The notes under the pieces are model-generated. The model worked only from the letters and a program-made list of their open reading frames with translations, was not told the DNA's origin and made no database searches. Both the position numbers and the translations under genes were made by a program. 64,000 nucleotides of DNA from Candidatus Melainabacteria bacterium. Its GTDB lineage: Bacteria > Cyanobacteriota > Vampirovibrionia > 2-02-FULL-35-15. This document shows, in pieces, positions 10,230-21,793 of this stretch. The first letter of the stretch is position 1. Each line of letters starts with the position of its first letter. The stretch is taken from positions 58,523-122,522 of the forward strand of contig JACPSL010000025.1 of assembly GCA_016193285.1 (NCBI GenBank), in the 5' to 3' direction.

Positions 10230-10844
10230 TTGTTAAAATCAAACACTCGAAAATTAAATTTAATTAATCTTCCAAATATTATTTTTTGTGTTTTTCTACT
10301 TTTTCATACTTTAAGTACTCTAGGTATAGGTTTTAAGGAAGAGCAATCAAGAAGCAATATTAAAGCTAAAATTAACTACCTTGAGAATCCTAACAAGCCT
10401 GATTTTTTTACTAGCACAGAAAAAAACAACTATATAGAATTAGGTAACTTAACCACTCTACAAGGAACATGGTCAGGATCATTTGCTTTAGATAAAAGTT
10501 CTATTATTTGGGAAAATCATGGAACTGTAAAAAAGAATGTTTATGATTTAATTAAATTTGGCTCTTATAATATCCTTTTTAATTTTTATACCCATGACAA
10601 CAAATTGTCAGATTTAAAAATATTGCAAGATGAAATTAAATATGGTTTTGTAAATGTAGAAGTTTTTAATAAAAGTCAAATTAATTACTGGACCAAGGCC
10701 ACAAGCTTAGACTGGAATGAAATAGTTAGAGGTAAGATTTTCAGAATAAATGATAATGAACTTTTTACAATATTTCAAACAACAGTATATGAAAACAAGA
10801 TTCCTATTTACGCATTTCGTGGTGAAGCAATTCTTTCTAGGTAA
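10230..10844 (+). CDS. hypothetical secreted/membrane-anchored protein
   Basis: N-terminal hydrophobic signal-like segment; no recognisable motif. Confidence 0.35.
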   Translation: MLKSNTRKLNLINLPNIIFCVFLLFHTLSTLGIGFKEEQSRSNIKAKINYLENPNKPDFFTSTEKNNYIELGNLTTLQGTWSGSFALDKSSIIWENHGTVKKNVYDLIKFGSYNILFNFYTHDNKLSDLKILQDEIKYGFVNVEVFNKSQINYWTKATSLDWNEIVRGKIFRINDNELFTIFQTTVYENKIPIYAFRGEAILSR

Positions 10845-10930
10845 CTTCTAAGGTAACTAGATCGTAATATACGTTATAATATATAGTTCGCATCATTTTT
10901 TTAAAGTAAGGAAGGTAAGTATAAAAAAAC

Positions 10931-12028
10931 ATGACAGATAAAATGGCAGAATTCGAGAGGCTTTTAAAAGAAGGGAGTTATGAATTTAAGGTTCAACAAG
11001 GAGATATAGTAAAAGGAAAAATTATTTTTTTAGAAAAGGACGGAGCTTTAGTTGATATTGGTGGTAAGACAGAAGCATTTTTACCATATAAAGAGTTAAC
11101 TAATAAAATTAGAAGAGTAAAAATTGAAGAACTAGTTAAAGTTGGAGAAGAACATGATTTTTATGTTCTTAGAGATGATGAGACAGAAGAAGAAAAAGTT
11201 ATTTTATCTTTAAAAAAAGTTAATCAAGCTCAAGGTTGGAATAAATTAGAAGAAGCAAAAAGAGCAAATGAAATTCTTTCAGGTACAATTGCTTCCTTTG
11301 TAAAAGGAGGAGCAATTGTTGAGTTGTTTGGAATTAAGGGTTTTATTCCAAACAGTCAATTGCGGATAAAAAATTCCCAACAAGAAAGTTTACTTGGAAG
11401 CAACATTAATGTAAAAGTATTGGAACTTGATTTTAAGAAAAATAAATTAATTTTTTCACAAAAATTAGCTATTCAAGATGAGAAAGCAGATTTAATGGAA
11501 AAAACAATTCAAAATCTTGAAGTAGGTCAGATTATAAGCGGCGAGGTTGTAAGAGTTACAGATTTTGGTGCTTTTATTGATTTGGGTGGTATTGATGGAC
11601 TGCTCCCGATTTCTGAATTTTCTTGGCAAAGGGTACATAATCCTCAAGATATTTTAAAAGTTGGTCAAGAAGTACAATTAAAAGTTTTAAAAATTGATAG
11701 AGATGTTAGTGGCAGAGTAAAAATCAGTCTTAGCTTAAAAAGAATGCAAAGCGATCCATGGAATGAATTAAGAGGAAAGATAAATGACAATGAAATTATT
11801 GAAGGAACTGTAAGTAAAGTTGCCAGCTTTGGAGTTTTTATTGAAGTTCATCCTGGTGTTGAAGGACTAGTACCACGCTCAGAAATAACAAATGAATCAG
11901 AATCCCCTAAAACAGATGATTATTTAAAAGTTGGTGACACGGTAAAAGTATTAGTTAAACGTTTTGCACCAAACGAACATAGACTTAGTCTTAGTATAAA
12001 AGATGCAAAAGATGCAAATTATCAGTGA
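10931..12028 (+). CDS. rpsA: 30S ribosomal protein S1 (short form)
   Basis: Repeated S1 RNA-binding domains (GxV/I..G.V..v.dfGaFv); the short ~365-aa form lacks the long C-terminus. Confidence 0.85.
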   Translation: MTDKMAEFERLLKEGSYEFKVQQGDIVKGKIIFLEKDGALVDIGGKTEAFLPYKELTNKIRRVKIEELVKVGEEHDFYVLRDDETEEEKVILSLKKVNQAQGWNKLEEAKRANEILSGTIASFVKGGAIVELFGIKGFIPNSQLRIKNSQQESLLGSNINVKVLELDFKKNKLIFSQKLAIQDEKADLMEKTIQNLEVGQIISGEVVRVTDFGAFIDLGGIDGLLPISEFSWQRVHNPQDILKVGQEVQLKVLKIDRDVSGRVKISLSLKRMQSDPWNELRGKINDNEIIEGTVSKVASFGVFIEVHPGVEGLVPRSEITNESESPKTDDYLKVGDTVKVLVKRFAPNEHRLSLSIKDAKDANYQ

Positions 12029-13331
12029 GAGAGATTTTGTAGTTAGAAGGTGGTCAGATTTTAAAGATTTTGATTGGTGGCTTTTAGGGTCTGTAATAGC
12101 TTTATTAATTTTTGATTTGTTTTTATTAAAAAGTGCATCAAGTGAAGCTTTTGTACTAAAACAATTTTTATTTACAATATTAGCTTTTTTCTTAGGTACT
12201 GCAGTTTTATTCATAAATATTAATTTCTGGCAAAAAATTTCTCTTTGGATCTACGTTTTTAACGTTTTCCTTTTGCTTGTAGTCTTGTTTATGGGAACTT
12301 CAGCTATGGGAGCTCAAAGGTGGATTGATTTTGGGATAGTAAAAATACAACCATCTGAAATTGCAAAAGTTGGAATCCTTATTAGTTTAGCTGCTTGGTT
12401 TTTAAAACACCCTATTAAAAACTATTTTGATATTTTAAATTCTTTTTTTATAATAGCTATTCCAGTTTTACTTATACTTAAACAACCTGATCTTGGTACT
12501 TCTCTAGTATTTATTTCAATTTATTTAGGGATGGCATTTTGGGCAGGAGCATCTGTTACACACTTATTAATTTGTGTCTCACCTGTCCTTAGCTTAATAC
12601 TAAACGCAACTGGAGACATTATTTATAGTTTTGGTACTTTTGAATTTAACAATAAAATAATTGAATTAACTGTAACAAATTCATTTCTTTTATTTATGTT
12701 GTTTTTGCTTTTATGGCTAATAATAAATTACAAAGTGTGGAGATCTCCTTGGCTTGTTTTATGGATTTCAACAATTGTCTTTCTTAATTTTATAATTGGT
12801 TTTATTAGGCCTGTTTTATGGAGCATGCTGCAACTTTATCAACAAAGAAGACTAACAATTTTTTTAAACCCTGAAAGTGATCCTCAGGGTGCTGGGTACC
12901 ATATAATACAAAGTCTTTTAGCAGTAGGGAATGGAGGACTATTTGGCTACGGCTGGCAAAATGGAAGATTAACAAGAGGAGATTATATCCCTGCTCAACA
13001 TACTGATTTTATTTTTTCTACGCTAGGCGAAGAATTTGGTTTTATTGGTGCTGTAATAGTAATTTGTTTATTTGCAATTATTTTAAGCAGGATCCTAGTA
13101 ATTGCAAAAGATTCAAACAATAAGTTTGCTAGTTTTTTAGCTATTGGAATATTTTCTTTTTTTGCCTTTCATATTTTTGTCAATATTGGAATGACTGTAG
13201 GTATTATGCCTATTACTGGTGTGCCATTACCGTTTTTAAGTTATGGCGGGACTGCATTAGTAGTTGATACTTTTAGTATATTTTTATTGCTATCAGTCTC
13301 TTGGAGAACGTTGCCTAGAAAAATATTTTAA
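12003..13331 (+). CDS. SEDS-family peptidoglycan glycosyltransferase (FtsW/RodA)
   Basis: About 10 TM helices with conserved SEDS C-terminal motifs (PLPFLSYGGTAL). The true start is probably a few codons downstream of the rpsA stop. Confidence 0.8.
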   Translation: MQKMQIISERDFVVRRWSDFKDFDWWLLGSVIALLIFDLFLLKSASSEAFVLKQFLFTILAFFLGTAVLFININFWQKISLWIYVFNVFLLLVVLFMGTSAMGAQRWIDFGIVKIQPSEIAKVGILISLAAWFLKHPIKNYFDILNSFFIIAIPVLLILKQPDLGTSLVFISIYLGMAFWAGASVTHLLICVSPVLSLILNATGDIIYSFGTFEFNNKIIELTVTNSFLLFMLFLLLWLIINYKVWRSPWLVLWISTIVFLNFIIGFIRPVLWSMLQLYQQRRLTIFLNPESDPQGAGYHIIQSLLAVGNGGLFGYGWQNGRLTRGDYIPAQHTDFIFSTLGEEFGFIGAVIVICLFAIILSRILVIAKDSNNKFASFLAIGIFSFFAFHIFVNIGMTVGIMPITGVPLPFLSYGGTALVVDTFSIFLLLSVSWRTLPRKIF

Positions 13332-13351
13332 ATTGAGTGTAAAATTAAGAT

Positions 13352-13798
13352 ATGTCTCGAAAGAAAAAGGACAGCACAGAAAGCATTCTATTACGTACTC
13401 GCAGAAGAGTAATCCTTGATTTCCCGCCAAATCAAATTCAAACACCTATTACTTACATACTAGCTAAGGAATACGATATTGCAAGCAATATTTTAAGGGC
13501 TGAGATTGCACCTGAAGAAACAGGAAAATTAGTTATGGAGATGGATGGCTTGCCTGAAAAATTAGATGAAGCAATTAAGAGGATAAAAGAATATGGAATA
13601 GAGGTTACTGAAATTGCAAGAAAAGTTACTTTTAATATGGATAAATGTACTCATTGTGGAGCTTGTATCTCTGTTTGTTTAGCAGGTGCTTTAAAGCTTG
13701 ATAAAAACTTTCATCTTGAGTTTATTGAACCAAAATGTACAGTTTGTGAAATGTGTGTAACTTCTTGTCCTGTTGGTGTAGTTAATATTGATATTTAA
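13352..13798 (+). CDS. NIL-domain / 4Fe-4S ferredoxin-domain protein
   Basis: Two CxxCxxC...CP clusters (CTHCGACISVC, CTVCEMCVTSCP) after an N-terminal NIL-like domain. Confidence 0.75.
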   Translation: MSRKKKDSTESILLRTRRRVILDFPPNQIQTPITYILAKEYDIASNILRAEIAPEETGKLVMEMDGLPEKLDEAIKRIKEYGIEVTEIARKVTFNMDKCTHCGACISVCLAGALKLDKNFHLEFIEPKCTVCEMCVTSCPVGVVNIDI

Positions 13799-13983
13799 TT
13801 TTGCTCTGTATTAGTTTGATCTGTATCATCTATATCAAAAGGATCAGCAGGATCTACAGAAATAATTGGTGTTGTAGAAGTAGTATCACTACTATTTCCA
13901 TCTTCAGCATATACACACATGCTATACGTACTTGTTGTAAATGCAATACAAAAACAAATTATAAAATTTGTGCTCTTGTTCAC
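13795..13983 (-). CDS. possible small secreted acidic protein
   Basis: Signal-peptide-like N-terminus followed by an acidic tail. The evidence is ORF only. Confidence 0.2.
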   Translation of the reverse strand: MNKSTNFIICFCIAFTTSTYSMCVYAEDGNSSDTTSTTPIISVDPADPFDIDDTDQTNTEQN

Positions 13984-14193
13984 CTTTTTTAACCCAGCTT
14001 ACAAACTACTTTTCAGCCAAAAAATGTAGCTTTAATTTAATTATCGGTAAAATATTTCCTCTCGCGGAAATTTATAGGTTTACCACTAAATAATTTTTTC
14101 TAAAAGCATTGTTTGTAGTTTATTTGTTTAAGATTAGGTAATGAACAATAGGGACAGCCTATCTGACCACTAATACAATGTATAATTATTTCT

Positions 14194-14952
14194 ATGGAAC
14201 TTACAAATGAAGAATTAAAAAGATATTCAAGGCAAATAGTACTACCTGAAATAAGCATCCAAGGTCAGCTTGCTTTACAAAAAAGTAAAGTGTTAGTAGC
14301 AGGTGCAGGAGGCTTAGGTTCTAGTGCACTGCTGTACCTTGCTAGTAGTGGCATTGGTACAATTGGTGTAATTGATTACGATAACGTAGATTTATCAAAT
14401 TTACACAGACAAGTTATTCACTACACAGATGATCTAAATAAGTCTAAGGTAATTTCAGCTAAAGAAAAAATAAATAAATTAAATCCTAATGTAAAAGTTG
14501 TTACATTTAATGAAAAATTAAGTCAAACAAATATAAAAAACATTTTAAATGATTTTGAGATTGTTATTGACGGGCTTGATAATTTTAATGATAAGTTTTT
14601 ACTAAATGATAGTTGTGTTTTATTAAATAAGAAATTAATTCATGCTGGAGTAATTGGTTTTGAAGGACAAATACTAACAATAATTCCTAAAAAGTCTGCA
14701 TGTCTTAGATGTTTTTTCCCAGATAAAATACCAGACAATTTAAGACAAAGTTGTAAAGAAATTGGTGTTTTAAGTACTTGTGTTGGTGTGTTAAGTATCA
14801 TTCAGGCAAATGAAGCAATTAAACTAATTTTAGGTATCGGAAAACCACTTACAAACAAGGTTTTAAAGTTTAATGCTTTAGATGGAACGTTTTATGAATT
14901 TAAAGTACAAGATATTAACAAAAGTTGTCCTGTTTGCAACCTAGCGACCTAA
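14194..14952 (+). CDS. moeB: ThiF/MoeB-family E1-like adenylyltransferase
   Basis: Nucleotide-binding GAGGLGS motif and C-terminal CxxC pairs (CLRC...CPVC). Confidence 0.8.
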   Translation: MELTNEELKRYSRQIVLPEISIQGQLALQKSKVLVAGAGGLGSSALLYLASSGIGTIGVIDYDNVDLSNLHRQVIHYTDDLNKSKVISAKEKINKLNPNVKVVTFNEKLSQTNIKNILNDFEIVIDGLDNFNDKFLLNDSCVLLNKKLIHAGVIGFEGQILTIIPKKSACLRCFFPDKIPDNLRQSCKEIGVLSTCVGVLSIIQANEAIKLILGIGKPLTNKVLKFNALDGTFYEFKVQDINKSCPVCNLAT

Positions 14953-15741
14953 ATGATGGTCAACATGATGATGACTTCTTTCAGGAATTAGTTTTACTAC
15001 ACTACCAGTAAGGAGTATTAATCCCAAAGTATAAATTAAAATTGCACTAATTACACCAGATGATTTTTCAATATTGCTCATTGATTTTTGTAGTAAGGAT
15101 TTTAAAAATCCTTGACTAAAAATCATGGATAATGCAACTAAACTTAATGCTATTCCAAGACCAATACTAAAAGACAAAACATATAAGAAACCATTTAACA
15201 AATTATGAAATCCGCTTACTGCTGTAGCTGTCATAAATACTGCTAATCCTCCTGTACATGGTACAAGTCCTGCAGTAAGCCCAATTAATAAAATATTTGT
15301 AATTTTTAAATTTTTAGTTAAGACTTCATGTACTGAACATTGATGTTTATGCTCATGGTGGAATAATGGCTTAATAATTCTATCCCACATAAGCCAAAGC
15401 CCAATTAAAAAAATTAGCAAACTTGCGACAAAATTAATAAAGATTTCTTTGTCAATTGGTGAAATAAATTCTAAAAATTTAAGGCCTGAAAATCCTATTA
15501 GATAAACGCTTGCAGTATGTGTAATTGAAGCAATAAGTCCAATTAAAAAAGCATCTCTTGCTTTGTTTATTTTTGTACTTAATACAAAAGTTGCAACAAG
15601 GCTTTTACCATGACCTGGCTCCATTGCATGAACCATGCCATAAAGTAGTGCCGTAAATAAGTAAAATAGATTTATATCAGGCATGAGTTGGATTTTAACA
15701 TAGAAATTGTCTCCATGATAGTATAAATAGTCATGCGGCAA
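14941..15741 (-). CDS. nickel/cobalt transporter, NicO/UreH-like membrane protein
   Basis: Polytopic membrane protein with HxxxH/EPGHGKS metal-site motifs and a His-rich loop (HHEHKH). Confidence 0.5.
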   Translation of the reverse strand: MPHDYLYYHGDNFYVKIQLMPDINLFYLFTALLYGMVHAMEPGHGKSLVATFVLSTKINKARDAFLIGLIASITHTASVYLIGFSGLKFLEFISPIDKEIFINFVASLLIFLIGLWLMWDRIIKPLFHHEHKHQCSVHEVLTKNLKITNILLIGLTAGLVPCTGGLAVFMTATAVSGFHNLLNGFLYVLSFSIGLGIALSLVALSMIFSQGFLKSLLQKSMSNIEKSSGVISAILIYTLGLILLTGSVVKLIPERSHHHVDHHLGR

Positions 15742-17109
15742 GAAAAAGATTCAATGGGCGTTTTTCAGTTACCAGATGAAGCATATTATGGTGTTCAAAC
15801 AGCAAGAGCTCTAGATAATTTCCCAATCTCAGGAATTAAAGCAGATTTAGATTTTATTTACTCAAGTATATTTATAAAAAAAGCAGCAGCAAAAGTAAAT
15901 GCTGAATTAGGCAAGATAGATAAAAAGATTTCTCTTGCTATGATTAAAGCTTGTGATGAGGTGTTAGAAGGAAAATTACTTGAAAACTTTGTTGTTGATA
16001 TTTATCAAGCTGGTGCTGGAACTTCACACAATATGAATACAAATGAAGTCTTAGCAAATCGTGCAATTGAACTATTGGGTGGTAAAAAAGGTGATTATAA
16101 AATCGTTAGTCCAAATGATCATGTTAATTGTGCCCAATCTACAAATGACTTTTTCCCAACAGCAATGAGATTAGCAGCTTTAATTAAGTCAAAAGAATTA
16201 TTAAAAGTATTAGATGAATGTTCAAAAGAGTTAGCACAAAAAGGGACTGAGTTTTTTGGTGTTATAAAAGCTGGAAGAACGCATCTTCAGGATGCAGTAC
16301 CAGTTAGATTAGGAAGAGAGTTTCAGGTTTATTCAAGAGTTTTTCATGATCATAAAATTAGATTAGAAAATGCATTATCTGAGTTGAAAATTTTAGGAAT
16401 AGGTGGAACAGCAGCAGGCACAGGTTTAAATGCTCATCCTGAATATCAGTCTAGAATTGTATCTGAACTTAGCAAGCTTAGTAATTTTGAACTCCAAGGT
16501 ACACAAGACTTAATGCTTTCAATGCAAAGCATGGCACCATTTGTTTTAGTCTCATGTACCTTGAAAAATTTTGCATTAGATCTTACAAAGATTTGTAATG
16601 ATTTACGCTTAATGGATTCAGGACCAACAACAGGACTTTCAGAAATAAAACTTCCTCCTGTACAACCAGGTTCATCAATAATGCCCGGGAAAGTAAATCC
16701 TTCAATGATTGAAATGTTAAATCAGGTTTGTTTTCAGGTTATTGGTTGTTCATGTGCTATTGAGTACTCATCCCAGGCTGGCCAATTTGAATTAAATGTA
16801 ATGATGCCAGTAATAAATTTTAATTTACTTCACAGTATAAAAGTTTTAACTAATGCTTTAAAGATATGGAATGAAAAGTGTGTTAAAGGAATTAAGGCAA
16901 ATGTAGACAGGTGTAGAAAATATGCTGAAGGCAGTGTATCAAATGCTACTGCTTTAAATCCTTTAATTGGTTACTTGCAAACAGCAGAAATAGTAAAAGA
17001 AGCAGTCTCAACCGGCAAGCCTATTAAAGACATTTGTCTTGAAAAAAAGCTCTTAGAAAAAAATAAATTAGACGAGGTGTTAAATCTTGAAAAGCAAGTA
17101 GGCTCTTGA
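15733..17109 (+). CDS. fumC: class II fumarate hydratase / aspartase-family lyase
   Basis: Fumarate-lyase signature GSSIMPGKVNP; N-terminal EKDSMG. Confidence 0.8.
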   Translation: MRQEKDSMGVFQLPDEAYYGVQTARALDNFPISGIKADLDFIYSSIFIKKAAAKVNAELGKIDKKISLAMIKACDEVLEGKLLENFVVDIYQAGAGTSHNMNTNEVLANRAIELLGGKKGDYKIVSPNDHVNCAQSTNDFFPTAMRLAALIKSKELLKVLDECSKELAQKGTEFFGVIKAGRTHLQDAVPVRLGREFQVYSRVFHDHKIRLENALSELKILGIGGTAAGTGLNAHPEYQSRIVSELSKLSNFELQGTQDLMLSMQSMAPFVLVSCTLKNFALDLTKICNDLRLMDSGPTTGLSEIKLPPVQPGSSIMPGKVNPSMIEMLNQVCFQVIGCSCAIEYSSQAGQFELNVMMPVINFNLLHSIKVLTNALKIWNEKCVKGIKANVDRCRKYAEGSVSNATALNPLIGYLQTAEIVKEAVSTGKPIKDICLEKKLLEKNKLDEVLNLEKQVGS

Positions 17110-18039
17110 ACAGTCTTTTTTAATTTGTCTTATTAATTCATCTTTTGTTGCAAACTTTTCTTCATCTCTTAGTCTTTCTACAAATTCTATTTTTAGCCTT
17201 TGATTATAAAGTTCTTTATATGGAAAATTTAAAATATGTGCTTCTACTTTTAGTTCAGCGGTTTCTTCTTTAAAGGTAGGGCAATGACCAATGTTTATGA
17301 CACATGGTAATTTTGAGGTTTCGAGGTTTTGAGGTTTCGAGGTTTTGGAACTGAGAGTAGCATATCCTGCATAAACTCCGCTAGCAGGAATTACTAGTCC
17401 ACTTGAAATCATTAAGTTTGCTGTTGGAAATCCTAGTTCTTTTCCACGTTTGAGTCCTTGAGTAATCTTGCCACTTAGTGAATAATATCTTCCAAGTAAA
17501 TTGCTAGCTATCTTGACTTGTCCTGCTAATAAATCTTTTCTAATTCTTGTACTGCTTACAGGTTCATCGTGGATGTTAACTGGAGGATTAATTTTAACAA
17601 TTATTCCAAATTTTTTACCCCATTCTTTTAATTTATCAGAATTTCCTTCTTGATTAAAACCAAACTTATGATCATATCCAATGCTAATAAATTTTGAATT
17701 AAGTGAGTCTACTAAGATTTTCGTGAAATAATCTTGGGCAGACATATGTCTTAGTTTTGAATCAAATTCAAGAGCTGAGATCGTATCTATTCCTAAATTT
17801 TTAATTAATTCAGCTCTTTCTTCAAATGTTGTAAGCAGTAGAGGTGGCTGACCTGTAATTTCAGAGTGGGGATGATTTAAAAAAGTAGCTACAACTGATG
17901 GGAAATTATTTCCTTTACTAAATTTAATTGCATTATTTATAATTTCAATATGTCCTAAATGAACTCCATCAAAAACACCAAGTGCTACACTGCTACCTTC
18001 TGGAAAAATGTTTTGCTTAATTTGTGTGTATATCTGCAT
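17080..18039 (-). CDS. ribF: bifunctional riboflavin kinase / FAD synthetase
   Basis: N-terminal FMN adenylyltransferase (GVFDGVHLGH) and C-terminal riboflavin kinase domain. It contains an in-frame 8-nt tandem repeat. Confidence 0.85.
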   Translation of the reverse strand: MQIYTQIKQNIFPEGSSVALGVFDGVHLGHIEIINNAIKFSKGNNFPSVVATFLNHPHSEITGQPPLLLTTFEERAELIKNLGIDTISALEFDSKLRHMSAQDYFTKILVDSLNSKFISIGYDHKFGFNQEGNSDKLKEWGKKFGIIVKINPPVNIHDEPVSSTRIRKDLLAGQVKIASNLLGRYYSLSGKITQGLKRGKELGFPTANLMISSGLVIPASGVYAGYATLSSKTSKPQNLETSKLPCVINIGHCPTFKEETAELKVEAHILNFPYKELYNQRLKIEFVERLRDEEKFATKDELIRQIKKDCSRAYLLFKI

Positions 18040-18108
18040 ATGTTATAAAGAATATCATGTTATGTAAGGACATGCCTTATTAAGTCCTGCATGATATAAA
18101 TAAACATA

Positions 18109-18552
18109 ATGGCAAAGCTAGTTTCAGAAGATGAAGAAATAAAATCAAGTTTAGAATTAATTTTTTTAAAAGATAAGACAGAGATTCCTTATAAAATTAT
18201 TCTTCAAAGTGCTGAAAAAAAATTAATATATGAATTAAGTCAAGAAAATAAAGGAGCTGGAGATTACGTACTTGCATTAAAACCAATAAATGAAATAGAA
18301 AATTTAATTAATGGCATTAAAAACTTTTTAAACGATAAAGAAACTAAGATGTTTGCATTTGAGCCAATAGAGCCATCATTTGAGTTTATTTTAGAAAGAG
18401 CACATAAAGGATATTCTGCAATGTGTTGGATTGATGCTGGCAATGTAATTTCAAATCATTACACCTGGGATGGGCTTGGTATAAGATTTTTTACAACTGA
18501 AAAGAATCTACTTTCTTTCGTAGAAGAATTAAGCAAGGAAAAGGAGGGATAA
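18109..18552 (+). CDS. hypothetical protein
   Basis: ORF in a conserved-gene context; no motif recognised. Confidence 0.4.
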   Translation: MAKLVSEDEEIKSSLELIFLKDKTEIPYKIILQSAEKKLIYELSQENKGAGDYVLALKPINEIENLINGIKNFLNDKETKMFAFEPIEPSFEFILERAHKGYSAMCWIDAGNVISNHYTWDGLGIRFFTTEKNLLSFVEELSKEKEG

Positions 18553-18562
18553 ATTCCTAAAA

Positions 18563-21500
18563 ATGAAACGAAAAGATATAAAAAAGATTTTATTAATCGG
18601 TGCAGGTCCTATTGTAATAGGACAAGCATGTGAGTTTGATTATTCAGGTACTCAAGCAGCAAGAGCATTAAAAGAAGAAGGATATGAAGTCATATTAATT
18701 AATTCAAATCCAGCCACCATTATGACTGATCCTGATTTTGCAGATAAAACATATATTGAACCAATAACACCTGAATTTGTTAGAGCAATAATAGAAAAAG
18801 AAAGACCAGATGCACTGCTTTCTACAATGGGTGGTCAGACAGCTTTGAATGTTGCAGTTCAACTTTCAAAAAATGGAATACTTAAAGAATTTAATGTTGA
18901 ATTAATTGGTGCAAAATTAGAAGCAATAGAACTTGCAGAGAATAGAGAACTTTTTAAAAAAAAGATGGAGCAAATTGGGCTTCAAGTTCCAAAATCTTAT
19001 ATAGCTCGTTCAAAAATTGATGGGATTTATTTAGCAAATGAAATTGGCTATCCTTTAATTTTAAGACCTGCTTTTACCTTAGGAGGTACTGGTGGAGGAA
19101 TTGCATATAACAAAGATGAACTTGAAGAAATGCTGGAGAAAGCACTTGAAATTAGTCCTATTCATCAGGTTCTTCTTGAAGAAAGTGTTTTAGGTTGGAA
19201 AGAATATGAGTTGGAAGTAATGAGAGACTTAGCTGACAATGTTGTAATTATTTGTTCAATTGAAAATTTTGACCCGATGGGAATTCACACAGGCGATTCT
19301 ATTACTGTTGCACCAGCTCAAACATTAAGTGATAAAGAATATCAAATCTTACGTGATGCAGCTATAAAAATTATCCGGGCAGTTGGTGTAGAAACAGGCG
19401 GGAGTAATATTCAATTTGCAGTAAATCCAAAAGATGGTCGTGTAGTAGTTATAGAAATGAATCCAAGAGTTTCAAGATCAAGTGCACTTGCAAGTAAAGC
19501 TACTGGATTCCCAATTGCAAAAATTGCAGCAAAACTTTCAATAGGCCTTACTTTAGATGAGATACCTAACGATATTACAAAAACCACTTATGCAAGCTTT
19601 GAACCTGCCATTGACTATGTAGTAACTAAGATTCCTCGTTTTGCATGGGAAAAGTTTCCAAATACTGATCATACTTTAACTACACAAATGAAATCTGTAG
19701 GAGAAGTAATGGCAATTGGAAGAACTTTTATTGAATCATTCCAGAAAGCACTGCGAGGACTTGAGATAAAAATGAGCGGCTTTTATGATAAAACTTTTTT
19801 AAGTCTCTCAAATGAAGAACTTTTAAACAAACTTTGTACTCCTACTCCTTTTAGGATTAAACAACTCTTTAGTGCTTTATATAATGGATTAACTATTCAA
19901 AAAATATCTTTAGCATGTGGAATTGATGAATGGTTTCTTGCACATTTAAATGAGATTGTTTTAGAAGTTAAAAAGTTAGAAAAAGAAAATATTAATTCAA
20001 TTGATAATAAAGAAAGATTACTTTCTTTAAAAAGATTAGGATTTAGTGATAAGCAAATTGCTGAATGCATCTCAACTCAAATCCATGAAATTGATATAGC
20101 AAAATTAAGAGAAAAACATAATGTTTATCCGGTATTTAAAACAGTAGATACTTGTGCTGGTGAATTTGAATCTTATACTCCTTATTTTTATTCGACATAC
20201 GAGGAAGAAACTGAAGTTCTGCCTTCAAGTAAAAAGAAAATCATGATTTTAGGTGGAGGTCCAAATAGAATTGGTCAAGGAATTGAGTTTGATTATTGTT
20301 GTGTGCATGCATCGTTTGCACTTCATGAAGAAGGATACGAAACCATAATGATAAATTCAAATCCTGAAACAGTTTCAACTGATTACAATGTTTCAGACAG
20401 ATTATATTTTGAACCATTGACATGTGAAGATGTTTTTAATATTTACAGAACTGAAAAACCTGATGGTGTAATTGTTCAGTTTGGGGGACAGACTCCATTA
20501 AATATTGCCAAGTCACTTGAAGACAGAGGAGTAAAAATAATTGGAACACAAGTAAAAGATATTCAGCTTGCTGAAGATAGAAAACTTTTTAGTAAGGTGC
20601 TTCAAGAACTTGGCTTAAACCAACCTAAATGTGCATCAGCACATTCTGTTAATGAAGCAATAGAAATAGCAAAGAATTTAGGTTTTCCACTTTTAGTTAG
20701 ACCAAGTTTTGTTTTAGGTGGTCGTGCAATGGAAATTTTTTATAGCTTACCTGAAATGGAAAAGTTTATTGAAAAAGTTTTTGAAGTTGAACCTGAACAT
20801 CCAGTTCTAATTGATACTTTTTTAGAAAATGCTACAGAAATTGATGTGGATGCTATATCAGATGGTAAAGATGTTTTAATTTGTGGAATTATGGAGCATA
20901 TAGAAGAAGCAGGAGTACACAGTGGTGATAGTGCTTGTATTTTACCTCCACAAAACATTCCTAAAAAACAAATTCAAAATATAAAAGAAGCTACTATAAA
21001 ACTAGCTTATAAATTAAATGTAATTGGCCTTATGAATGTTCAGTATGCTATTAAAAATGATATTTTATATGTTTTGGAAGTAAATCCTAGAGGAAGCAGG
21101 ACAATTCCATTTGTGTCAAAAGCTACAGGCATACCATGGGCAAAAATGGCAAGTAAAATTATGACAGGTAAAAAAATTACAGATTTAAAACTAAGAGAAA
21201 TAATTCCCACTCATATTTCTGTTAAGGAAGTAGTTTTACCTTTTAATAAATTTCCTGGTTCAGATATTATATTAGGTCCAGAAATGAAATCCACTGGTGA
21301 AGTAATGGGAATAAGTTTTGAGTTTAGCAAGTCTTATGCAAAGTCACAAATAGCTGCTAATCAGCTTTTACCAGTAAGTGGAAATATTTTTTTAAGTGTT
21401 AATGATAAAGATAAACCAGAGATTATTCCAATTGCAAAAGAACTTTCTTGTCTTGGGCTTGGAATATATTCTACAAGCGGTACAGCAAAAGTTTTAAAAG

Positions 21501-21793
21501 AAAATAATATTTTAGTTACTGAAGTTAAAAAAGTTTATGAAGGCAGACCAAATATTTTAGATCATATTAAAAATAAAGAAATCCAGTTAATCATAAACAC
21601 TCCAATTGGCAGGGAAGCCAGAGTTGATGATACATACATTAGAAAAGCAGCAATTCAATATTCAATTCCAGTAGTAACTACAGTTAGAGGAGCAAGAGCA
21701 ACTGTAAAGGCAATTCAATCTTTAAAAAATAATGTTGTTGATGTAAAACCTTTGCAGGAGTATTATAGGACATCACCTGTTGTTCGCTCGTAG
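18563..21793 (+). CDS. carB: carbamoyl-phosphate synthase large subunit
   Basis: 1076 aa with duplicated ATP-grasp halves, an oligomerisation domain and an MGS-like domain. Confidence 0.95.
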   Translation: MKRKDIKKILLIGAGPIVIGQACEFDYSGTQAARALKEEGYEVILINSNPATIMTDPDFADKTYIEPITPEFVRAIIEKERPDALLSTMGGQTALNVAVQLSKNGILKEFNVELIGAKLEAIELAENRELFKKKMEQIGLQVPKSYIARSKIDGIYLANEIGYPLILRPAFTLGGTGGGIAYNKDELEEMLEKALEISPIHQVLLEESVLGWKEYELEVMRDLADNVVIICSIENFDPMGIHTGDSITVAPAQTLSDKEYQILRDAAIKIIRAVGVETGGSNIQFAVNPKDGRVVVIEMNPRVSRSSALASKATGFPIAKIAAKLSIGLTLDEIPNDITKTTYASFEPAIDYVVTKIPRFAWEKFPNTDHTLTTQMKSVGEVMAIGRTFIESFQKALRGLEIKMSGFYDKTFLSLSNEELLNKLCTPTPFRIKQLFSALYNGLTIQKISLACGIDEWFLAHLNEIVLEVKKLEKENINSIDNKERLLSLKRLGFSDKQIAECISTQIHEIDIAKLREKHNVYPVFKTVDTCAGEFESYTPYFYSTYEEETEVLPSSKKKIMILGGGPNRIGQGIEFDYCCVHASFALHEEGYETIMINSNPETVSTDYNVSDRLYFEPLTCEDVFNIYRTEKPDGVIVQFGGQTPLNIAKSLEDRGVKIIGTQVKDIQLAEDRKLFSKVLQELGLNQPKCASAHSVNEAIEIAKNLGFPLLVRPSFVLGGRAMEIFYSLPEMEKFIEKVFEVEPEHPVLIDTFLENATEIDVDAISDGKDVLICGIMEHIEEAGVHSGDSACILPPQNIPKKQIQNIKEATIKLAYKLNVIGLMNVQYAIKNDILYVLEVNPRGSRTIPFVSKATGIPWAKMASKIMTGKKITDLKLREIIPTHISVKEVVLPFNKFPGSDIILGPEMKSTGEVMGISFEFSKSYAKSQIAANQLLPVSGNIFLSVNDKDKPEIIPIAKELSCLGLGIYSTSGTAKVLKENNILVTEVKKVYEGRPNILDHIKNKEIQLIINTPIGREARVDDTYIRKAAIQYSIPVVTTVRGARATVKAIQSLKNNVVDVKPLQEYYRTSPVVRS

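Noticed and set aside
20241-20958. Small minus-strand ORFs inside carB
   Set aside because: They are embedded antisense in a highly conserved 1076-aa gene.
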